From an uncultured Veillonellaceae bacterium (GTDB taxonomy: Bacteria; Bacillota; Negativicutes; JARBTT01): a DNA stretch of 64,000 nt. This document shows positions 57,053-64,000 of the stretch, piece after piece; the first letter of the stretch is position 1, and the number at the start of each line of letters is the position of its first letter. Both the position numbers and the translations under genes were made by a program. Location of the stretch: NCBI GenBank assembly GCA_963805085.1, contig CAWDTA010000002.1, positions 1,248,001-1,312,000 on the forward strand, in the 5' to 3' direction. The notes beneath the pieces are model-generated. The model was given only the letters and a program-made list of their open reading frames with translations. It did not search any database and had not been told where the DNA came from.

Positions 57053-60000
57053 TGGCATGGTCAGAAGCACAACTGCAAGCGATTACCACGTACAATAAAA
57101 ACTTACTAGTTGCCGCGGCGGCAGGTTCAGGAAAAACCTCAGTATTGGTAGAGCGTATTATCAGACGATTATTAGATGAAAAGCAAAAGTTTAACATTGA
57201 TAAAGTTCTAGTCGTTACCTTTACAAATGCGGCAGCAGCGGAAATGCGGGAGCGGATCGGCAATGCCATTAGCAAAGCGTTAAAAGAACGTCCTAAGTCG
57301 CGCCATTTAGAGAGGCAATTGGTGCTGCTCAATGCTGCTTCGATTTCGACGATTCATGCATTTTGTCAAAATGTCATTCGCCAAAACTTTCATCTGCTGG
57401 ATATCGATCCAAAATTTCGTCTAGCCAATGAGCAAGAAACTAACTTACTCAAACAGGATGTATTAGAAACGTTGTTTGAAGAAAAATACACGGATGCAGA
57501 TGCAGATTTTTTAACCTTTGTGGACCATTATGGTAACGAACGTAGTGATGAAGAGCTCTATGAAATTATTTTAGATTTGTATAAATTTTCTTGTAGCCAA
57601 CCGTATCCGCGCGTTTGGCTCGAACGATTGAAAGATAGTTTTGCGCTGGCGGAAGATACTGATATTGATACGACTGTGTGGGCGAAACTCATTCGGCAGC
57701 AGCTAGAATTGGCGTTATTAGAATGTCAGCATCTCCTCGATGAAATGATTCTGAATGCCCAGCAAATTGACTTTGATTTTTATGTGCCAACCTTTGAGGC
57801 TGATCGCGGGCTGATTGATAGCTTGGCAAAATTGCTGGAGGCACCGTGGGACGAGTTGCAAAAAGAGATGTACGCTGTTAAATTTAGTGCGATGGCACGA
57901 GCGCCTAAAGAAACAGATGAAGCGCTAAAAAAAATATTTAGTGATAAACGTGGTAAAGTAAAAAAAATCATTACTACACTGAAAGACAATTATTTTACGA
58001 TCACAGGTGCAGAACAAATTGCTGATCTCATCCAGGTTGAGCCGATGATGGCTGCAATCTGCCAATTGACCATTCAGTTTGCTGAAAGTTTTGCCGCGGC
58101 GAAACGCACCAAGGCGATTGCTGATTTTAATGATCTAGAACATTTTTGTTTGAAAATCCTATTGCATGAAGAAGCTACGCCAGAAAATGCCCAGCCATCC
58201 GCTGTTGCGAAAGCCTTGCAAGAAAAATACGAGGAAGTTATGGTTGATGAATATCAAGATACCAATGGGGTACAAGAAGCAATCATATCGCTAGTGCGCA
58301 AAGCAGAAAAACCAAACTTATTCCTCGTAGGGGATGTCAAACAAAGCGTGTATCGTTTCCGCTTGGCTGAACCAGAGCTATTCCTCGAAAAGTATCGTAA
58401 CTACCCTAAAAGCGGGGAATCGTTTGCCCGCATTGATTTGGCGCAAAACTTTCGGAGTCGCGGAGAAATCCTAGCGGCAATTAATTTTTTGTTTTGTCAA
58501 TTGATGTCGCCCAAAGTTGCCGAACTGAGCTATGGCGAACCGGAAAAATTAAATCCGGGGACGGGGTATGTAGAGACGCAGCAAAAGCTTGTTGCCGGGG
58601 CAGTCGAGCTAAGTATTATTGATCGTGATAGCTGTGAAAGTGAAGATTTTCATGAGCAAGACAGCGAAATGCAGACCGCTGATAACCCGCAAGAGGAAGA
58701 AGAGCTCTCTGGTTTCGCGTTAGAGGCAACGTTTATCGGACAAAGAATACAAACGCTGATGGACGAGGCTGCTTATGTTTTTGATAAAGAGACGAAGAAC
58801 TATCGACTCCTTGCTTGGCGTGATATCGTCATTCTTTTACGCTCAGTAAAAAATAAAGCCAATGTATTATTAGAAACACTTCGTAATGCAAATATTCCTT
58901 CCTATGCCAATGTAGATTCTGGCTACTTTCAGGAAATTGAAATTCAAATCATGCTCGCTTTGTTACATGTGATTGACAATCCATACCAAGACATTCCGCT
59001 CGCCAGTGTACTACATTCACCGATTGTCGGACTATCGACGATAGAACTTGCCGAAATCAGGCTAACATTACCACAGGCTGAATTATGGTCGGCTGTTATT
59101 AAGGCAAATGCAGTAGAAACTGAGTTAAACGCTGAGATTAAGGCAAAATTAAGCCATTTTATCGCGCAGGTTAACGAATGGCGTAATTTGGCAAGGCGGA
59201 AGAGTGTTCCTGAACTCATTTGGCAATTGTTCCGTGATACCGGCTATTATGATTACGTTGGTGGTATGCCGGGAGGGATGCTGAGACAAGCAAATTTGCG
59301 GATGCTGTATGATCGGGCAGGTCAATATGAGACGACGAACTTTCGGGGGCTATTTAGATTCTTGCGCTTTATTGAGAAGATGCGTGATACGGGGACCGAT
59401 TTGGCGGTAGCGAGAACGCTGGGCGAAAGTGAAAACGTCGTGCGCATTATGAGCATCCATAAAAGTAAAGGGTTAGAGTTTCCCGTAGTGATCGTTGCCG
59501 ATCTTGGCAAACAATTTAATCTCATGGATAGCAAAGGGACGCTACTTATGCATAGGAAGCTAGGCTTAGGCCCTTATGTTACCAATGGTGATTTAGAGTT
59601 CAGATATCCTACAATTGCGCGGCAAGCAATCGCTTATAAAATGAATATGGAAAGTAAAGCAGAAGAGCTGCGGGTATTATATGTTGCGTTAACTAGGGCC
59701 AGAGAAAAATTAATCTTAGTCGGTTCAGTGGCGAAACTTTCGTCAAAAGCCAATGCCTGGTCTCAACATATTGCTTCTAGCAATCGTTTACTGCCCGATT
59801 ATGCGATCGCTGGTGCCAGTACCTATCTCGATTGGGTTTGCCCAGCGGTGGTGCGTCATGCGGATGGAGAAACGCTCTTAAAAGTAGCCGATACGACCCA
59901 AATGCGGATCAATGCCATTCATGAAGACACTTCGCATTGGCAGGTGTCGATCATTCCTGCCAGTGATGTCTTGCGCAATGAAGAATTGAGTGTGGAAGAT

Positions 60001-60759
60001 AATGCATTTATGCAAAAGGTAGGACACTTGCAACCACTTGCAGAAAGTGATGAAAAGGACTGGGTGAAGTCCGTACTTGATTGGCAATATCCTGATATGA
60101 CGACCAAAGAAGTTCCGGCGAAATTATCCGTAACCGAAATGAAACGCCGTTTTGATCTAACGCAGCAAGCCGAAAATCCTAGCGAGACGATTTTTAAGAA
60201 ACCAGTGATCGTTACACGTCCGCGATTTATCCAAGAAAAAACCAAATTAACTGGCGCGGAATATGGCACGTTGATGCATAGTGTCATGCAGCACATCGAC
60301 ATATTTGAGGATGTATCGATGGATGGCTTGAAAGCGCAATTGGCTCGTCTGGTGTTAGAAGAAAAAATCTTGCCTGAACATGCTGAGGTCATCGACTTAA
60401 ATGGCGTACGATCGTTTTTCGCTAGCGATATCGGCAAGCGGATGCTCGCCGCCCATAACATTCGGCGCGAGTTGCCTTTTAGCGTTATGTTGCAAGCGAA
60501 ACGGTTTTATCCGGACATGAAAAATGAGCAGGAACATATTTTTGTGCAAGGGATTATTGATGTTATTTTCGATGAAGGCGAAGAAATGGTCTTAGTTGAT
60601 TATAAGACGGACCACAGCGATAGTGAAGCAGAGCTCACAGAAAAATACGCCTTGCAACTTACGATTTACGCTGAAGCGATTGAGAAAATCCTCAAGAAAA
60701 AAGTAAAAGAAAAATATCTATATTTATTTCATAGTGGAAAATTGCTACAGGTGAAATAG
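57052..60759 (+). CDS. addA: ATP-dependent helicase/nuclease subunit A
   Basis: AAAGSGKT, VDEYQDTN, VGDVKQS.YRFR, SIHKSKGLEF, YVALTRA, QGIID...VDYKT. Confidence 0.97.
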   Translation: MAWSEAQLQAITTYNKNLLVAAAAGSGKTSVLVERIIRRLLDEKQKFNIDKVLVVTFTNAAAAEMRERIGNAISKALKERPKSRHLERQLVLLNAASISTIHAFCQNVIRQNFHLLDIDPKFRLANEQETNLLKQDVLETLFEEKYTDADADFLTFVDHYGNERSDEELYEIILDLYKFSCSQPYPRVWLERLKDSFALAEDTDIDTTVWAKLIRQQLELALLECQHLLDEMILNAQQIDFDFYVPTFEADRGLIDSLAKLLEAPWDELQKEMYAVKFSAMARAPKETDEALKKIFSDKRGKVKKIITTLKDNYFTITGAEQIADLIQVEPMMAAICQLTIQFAESFAAAKRTKAIADFNDLEHFCLKILLHEEATPENAQPSAVAKALQEKYEEVMVDEYQDTNGVQEAIISLVRKAEKPNLFLVGDVKQSVYRFRLAEPELFLEKYRNYPKSGESFARIDLAQNFRSRGEILAAINFLFCQLMSPKVAELSYGEPEKLNPGTGYVETQQKLVAGAVELSIIDRDSCESEDFHEQDSEMQTADNPQEEEELSGFALEATFIGQRIQTLMDEAAYVFDKETKNYRLLAWRDIVILLRSVKNKANVLLETLRNANIPSYANVDSGYFQEIEIQIMLALLHVIDNPYQDIPLASVLHSPIVGLSTIELAEIRLTLPQAELWSAVIKANAVETELNAEIKAKLSHFIAQVNEWRNLARRKSVPELIWQLFRDTGYYDYVGGMPGGMLRQANLRMLYDRAGQYETTNFRGLFRFLRFIEKMRDTGTDLAVARTLGESENVVRIMSIHKSKGLEFPVVIVADLGKQFNLMDSKGTLLMHRKLGLGPYVTNGDLEFRYPTIARQAIAYKMNMESKAEELRVLYVALTRAREKLILVGSVAKLSSKANAWSQHIASSNRLLPDYAIAGASTYLDWVCPAVVRHADGETLLKVADTTQMRINAIHEDTSHWQVSIIPASDVLRNEELSVEDNAFMQKVGHLQPLAESDEKDWVKSVLDWQYPDMTTKEVPAKLSVTEMKRRFDLTQQAENPSETIFKKPVIVTRPRFIQEKTKLTGAEYGTLMHSVMQHIDIFEDVSMDGLKAQLARLVLEEKILPEHAEVIDLNGVRSFFASDIGKRMLAAHNIRRELPFSVMLQAKRFYPDMKNEQEHIFVQGIIDVIFDEGEEMVLVDYKTDHSDSEAELTEKYALQLTIYAEAIEKILKKKVKEKYLYLFHSGKLLQVK

Positions 60760-60865
60760 TAGGGTGTGTTTCAAAAAACACACTTCAGACTGTAGAAAAA
60801 ATAAAATATTTGTGTCGATGATTTAGAAAATATCTAAATCCGGTCAAATTATAAACTAGTACGAA

Positions 60866-60960
60866 GATAGACTGCCGGTTGGTGAAAAGTGCTCAGATGC
60901 TAGGAACAGCACCTTGTCGGAGGGCGCAGATGAGTGCTTATCGCCGACCGGCAGTCTGTC
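60866..60960. mobile_element. MITE-like hairpin element (shorter relative of 47084-47210)
   Basis: IR GATAGACTGCCGGTTGGTGA / TCGCCGACCGGCAGTCTGTC; internal CAGATGCTAGG ... CGCAGATG. Confidence 0.55.
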
Positions 60961-60984
60961 TGTCCATAGTAGGTCTACAATCAA

Positions 60985-61032
60985 AAAAAAGCGTGAACAA
61001 TATCGCAATCGCGGTACTGCTCACGCTTTTTT
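60985..61032. terminator. Bidirectional terminator
   Basis: AAAAAAGCGTGA ... TCACGCTTTTTT. Confidence 0.75.
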
Positions 61033-61043
61033 ATGCCCTCAAC

Positions 61044-61274
61044 TTAACAGGTTAGTCTGCCAAATCGAGGATGATTGACTGGTTTTAAGCTAAGTTTGCG
61101 AACTATCGTAACGGCTTCTTTTAAAGGAATATCAATACGATCGGTTTTTGTTTCTAGTACGCAGATGGGATTGTCTACGCCAATTTCGCTGCCTGGCATA
61201 TAGACATATTCTTGATTGATGTTATCACCGTAGATAACACCAGCTTTGAGTTCTGCGGTTACCATTACACTCAT
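61044..61274 (-). CDS. Hypothetical protein (76 aa), likely co-transcribed with corA
   Basis: SD AGGTGA; 18 bp downstream of the corA stop; terminator follows. Confidence 0.75.
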   Translation of the reverse strand: MSVMVTAELKAGVIYGDNINQEYVYMPGSEIGVDNPICVLETKTDRIDIPLKEAVTIVRKLSLKPVNHPRFGRLTC

Positions 61275-61292
61275 AAAAAGTTCACCTAATTT

Positions 61293-62246
61293 CTAAAACA
61301 TATCTTTTTTCCAAAGTACAAATATACAAATAGCAGTCAGAAACGTTGCAATCGTAGAAACGTATAAAAAGCCACTTTCAGCATCACCAAAAGGAACTGG
61401 TACATTCATGCCAAAAAAGCTCGAAATCATCGTCGGAATGGCGAGGATAATCGTGATTGAAGCCAAGAATTTCATTACTAAGTTCAAATTATTAGAGATG
61501 ATCGAGGCGAAAGTATCAGCCACGCGACTCAAAATTTTGCTATACATTTCAACCATTTCTTTGGCCTGCTTATTTTCGATAATAACGTCTTCCAGTAAAT
61601 CTTCATCTTCTTCATACACTTTGACAATATGTTGTAAGTTGTGACTAGAACGTAGCCGCAATAATTTGTCTAGAACGGCACCATTCGAACGAAGTGAAGC
61701 ATTGAAGTAGGTTAAGCCTTTTTGCAATTCCAATAGCTGTAAGAGTTCTTGGTTTTTCATGGAGCCACGCAGTCTTTTTTCGATTTCATCAGATAATTTG
61801 CTGATCTGCCGCAAATACTTTAGATATAATGTTGCGGATTTATAAAGAAGTTGGAATAAAAAGCGTGTCTTTTTAAAGGTCCGAAACGTACGCGCTGTAG
61901 TTTCATTAAACTCAGAAATGACAGGATTGTCTTCCAAACTAACTGTTATTGTATAATCTTGTGTTAAAATAATAGCGAGAGGTAAAGTGTCATAGCTGTC
62001 GTTGGAACGTACAATCGGTACGTTGGTCACAACCATTACACAATTGTCCTCTAATTCTGTATGAGAACGTTCTTCTTCATCCAATGCGGATTTTAAAATA
62101 TCTATCTCAACTTCGGTTATATTACTGACTACTTTTAGTTCATAAGGTGTTGGATTCACTAAATTAATCCACGCGCCCCGTTCAATTGTTTTTATGCTTA
62201 GCTCGAGCAGTGGACCACTTTCCGAACTTTTGAAAATTCTAAGCAT
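61293..62246 (-). CDS. corA: CorA-family Mg2+ transporter
   Basis: WINLVNPT, ALDEEERS, SNNLN.VMK, FFGMNV signature and two C-terminal TM helices. Confidence 0.93.
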   Translation of the reverse strand: MLRIFKSSESGPLLELSIKTIERGAWINLVNPTPYELKVVSNITEVEIDILKSALDEEERSHTELEDNCVMVVTNVPIVRSNDSYDTLPLAIILTQDYTITVSLEDNPVISEFNETTARTFRTFKKTRFLFQLLYKSATLYLKYLRQISKLSDEIEKRLRGSMKNQELLQLLELQKGLTYFNASLRSNGAVLDKLLRLRSSHNLQHIVKVYEEDEDLLEDVIIENKQAKEMVEMYSKILSRVADTFASIISNNLNLVMKFLASITIILAIPTMISSFFGMNVPVPFGDAESGFLYVSTIATFLTAICIFVLWKKDMF

Positions 62247-62284
62247 AGTATTCCCCCTTCAGACAGGGAAATACCGCTATATTT

Positions 62285-62380
62285 TTACAAATTTATATTA
62301 GACAAGTAAAAAAACGGCAATATTCCCCTGATTTTATTTGTTTTTAACAATAACCGCAAACTAGGAGGGTCTACATCCAT
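62285..62380 (-). CDS. Putative corA leader peptide (31 aa)
   Basis: SD AGGTGA, then MDVDPPSLRLLLKTNKIRGILPFFYLSNINL*, lying between the promoter and corA. Confidence 0.6.
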   Translation of the reverse strand: MDVDPPSLRLLLKTNKIRGILPFFYLSNINL

Positions 62381-62421
62381 TTTTCTCACCTGCCTTCGTG
62401 TTTATAAGATATTACATTAAG

Positions 62422-62450
62422 ATATTACTCCTTGCGTATATAATAGTCAA
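62422..62450 (-). promoter_or_regulatory. sigma-A-type promoter of leader-corA transcript
   Basis: Minus strand TTGACT-N17-TAATAT. Confidence 0.6.
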
Positions 62451-62594
62451 GACAAGCGCACTGAAAATCAGGTTAAAGTTGCGTTAAGAATTATTTTTTT
62501 CCTTCATTAATATAAAATGTATACAATTCGATCGAGAGGGAATCATAAGCAAACAATAATTGTATTCTTTTTAGATTATGGAATATTTTTTTTA

Positions 62595-62624
62595 TTGACA
62601 ACCATTTATAAATTTTGCTATAAT
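62595..62624 (+). promoter_or_regulatory. tRNA operon promoter
   Basis: TTGACA-N18-TATAAT with extended -10 TGn. Confidence 0.8.
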
Positions 62625-62642
62625 ACTAAATGTGTCAAGCAC

Positions 62643-62731
62643 GGAGAGGTGTCCGAGTGGTTTAAGGAGCTGGTCTTGAAAACCAGTGATTCCGCAAGGG
62701 ACCGTGGGTTCGAATCCCACCCTTTCCGCCA
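62643..62731 (+). tRNA. tRNA-Ser (anticodon TGA)
   Basis: GGAGAGG acceptor stem, anticodon arm CTGGT-CTTGAAA-ACCAG, long variable arm, GTTCGAATC, encoded CCA. Confidence 0.97.
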
Positions 62732-62765
62732 TAAAATCTAATTGTTTTTATGAATTAAGCTTAAT

Positions 62766-62854
62766 GGAGTGGTACTCAAGAGGCTCAAGAGGACGGTTTG
62801 CTAAATCGTTAGGTGGGTAACCATGCGTGGGTTCGAACCCCACCCACTCCGCCA
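62766..62854 (+). tRNA. tRNA-Ser (anticodon GCT)
   Basis: GGAGTGG acceptor stem, anticodon arm ACGGT-TTGCTAA-ATCGT, long variable arm, GTTCGAACC, encoded CCA. Confidence 0.95.
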
Positions 62855-62869
62855 TTTAAATTGAAAGTT

Positions 62870-62900
62870 AAGACTTTGGAATATTTCCAAAGTCTTTTTT
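62870..62900 (+). terminator. tRNA operon terminator
   Basis: AAGACTTTGGAA-TAT-TTCCAAAGTCTTTTTT. Confidence 0.85.
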
Positions 62901-63257
62901 GTCGCCCCAAAAGGCTGTTGATAGCGATAAAGTTATGTCGTTTGTACGGCAGCCTATTTTATTCTGCAAATAATATGCTATAATGAAATTAATGTAATAA
63001 TGCAGTTTAAAATGGAATAATGATCTTGTCGTATAGTGAATTTTGAACTGAATTTTATTGAAGAAACACTGGAAATATAAAGATAAACTTATAATTTATA
63101 TCAGTGTTTCTCGTAAAAATTAAATAGTTTTTAATTAGGCAGTGCACATCTTTTAACTATATATAAATCGAAAAATTGTATAAGAAAGAATTCTTATACA
63201 ATTTTTTTTTAGTCTGAGCTGTACGTACATAAAATTTGGAAAGAGGATGGATGCGTT

Positions 63258-64000
63258 ATGTCAAATCTTAATGATACATTCACTAACATTGACTCTATTT
63301 CTCAACAGAATATTGGCATAAAGATTTGCAGCATTTATGCCTTAGTAGGAATTTTATGGATAACATTTTCTGATCAATTAACCCGCTACTTAGCTAGAGA
63401 CGTTGATGAAATGGTCTTAATGAGTACATATAAAGGTTGGGGATTCATTTTACTGACGACACTACTCCTCTATATTTTGGTACAACTTTTTCTTCAAAAA
63501 ATAGTTAAAATTAACGAACAGCTTAGTCTCTCTAATCAATCATTGGAGGCGTCTTATGAGGAGATTGCTGCCTCTGAAGAAGAACTACGTGACCAATATA
63601 GCCTGCTTGAACAGCAAAATAATGCACTGTATACTAGTGACCAGAATTTTCGCAGTCTGTTTGATAATATGCTCACCGGATTTATTGTCTATGAAATCAT
63701 TTACGATGATAAGGCGAATTTTATCGGTTTTCGCTTTCTAGCCGTTAATCCAGCTTTTGAAAAATTGACTGGCTTGAAAGAAAAAGATGTTCTTGGCAGA
63801 ACATCTTTAGAAATCTTCCCGCAAACTGGGAAATTGTGGCATGATCCATTTAAGGTAGTTGCCGATACTGGCAAACCTTATTCATTCACTTTGTTCGGAT
63901 ATGAAACGGGAAAATACTTTGAAGGAACCGCTTATCGCCCCACTTCCGACAGGGTTGCCATCCATTTCTTTGATTGTACCGCTCGCATTATGGGCCAGGA
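63258..64000 (+). CDS. Membrane PAS-domain signalling protein, 3' end runs off the window (output domain not visible)
   Basis: Not in the ORF track. Read from ATG 63258: two TM (IYALVGILWITFSD, YKGWGFI), coiled coil (SYEEIAASEEELRDQY), PAS (FRFLAVNPAFEKLTGL...VLGRT..EIFP). Confidence 0.85.
   Translation, partial: MSNLNDTFTNIDSISQQNIGIKICSIYALVGILWITFSDQLTRYLARDVDEMVLMSTYKGWGFILLTTLLLYILVQLFLQKIVKINEQLSLSNQSLEASYEEIAASEEELRDQYSLLEQQNNALYTSDQNFRSLFDNMLTGFIVYEIIYDDKANFIGFRFLAVNPAFEKLTGLKEKDVLGRTSLEIFPQTGKLWHDPFKVVADTGKPYSFTLFGYETGKYFEGTAYRPTSDRVAIHFFDCTARIMGQ

Noticed and set aside
49405-60759. sbcDC-addBA as an anti-phage SMC/nuclease system
   Set aside because: Canonical housekeeping DNA-repair genes with standard motifs; this clustering is common in Firmicutes.
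2241-61644. Numerous short antisense or out-of-frame ORFs nested in well-supported genes
   Set aside because: Shadow ORFs of real coding sequence with no recognisable motifs.
62247-62450. M-box (ykoK) Mg2+ riboswitch upstream of corA
   Set aside because: No recognisable M-box core or intrinsic terminator; the leader is instead occupied by an ORF and SD-sequestering pairings.
62517-62741. 74-aa plus-strand ORF
   Set aside because: Overlaps the tRNA promoter and tRNA-Ser(TGA).
62855-63257. Integrated element at the tRNA-Ser 3' end
   Set aside because: No integrase and no duplicated tRNA 3' end visible within the window.
63556-63741. 61-aa ORF in the track
   Set aside because: Alternative frame inside the longer PAS-protein ORF starting at 63258.

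Overview
AT-rich chromosomal window from a diderm, probably spore-forming Firmicute (Negativicutes / Selenomonadales-Sporomusaceae-like; inferred from gene content such as a PTP-like phytase, AddAB and DacB/Pda genes, not from a marker search). Order: partial YkvI-type membrane gene, serS, TSCPD protein, Fur-boxed feoAB plus a small Cys-rich ORF, PHP phosphatase, GGDEF protein. Next is a ~20 kb inositol/phytate locus: iolR divergent from Fe-ADH, iolJ, C, B, D, G, E, a GlpT-like MFS, a PHP phosphatase, a secreted PTP-like phytase, an MCP, a ~970 aa metallophosphoesterase-LamG protein and a GntP-family permease; there is no iolA and no classical inositol importer. Then a fused ABC transporter, LysR/M20 peptidase/DcuC/hydrolase, MFS-TetR, a usp gene flanked by direct repeats, a stand-alone PflD-like glycyl radical enzyme with activase and DeoR regulator, LTA-synthase-family, NERD, cheR, D,D-carboxypeptidase, polysaccharide deacetylase, a degenerate PaaK-like protein, sbcDC-addBA, corA, two tRNA-Ser genes and a partial PAS sensor. 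Strongest leads: (1) the extended phytate-to-3-hydroxypropionate locus and its uncharacterised members; (2) an unannotated MgtL-like leader peptide with mutually exclusive RNA pairings in front of corA; (3) an orphan PflD-clade glycyl radical enzyme with altered motifs. No CRISPR array, rRNA, prophage or intact transposase was seen. All calls come from motif recognition by eye; no database searches were run.
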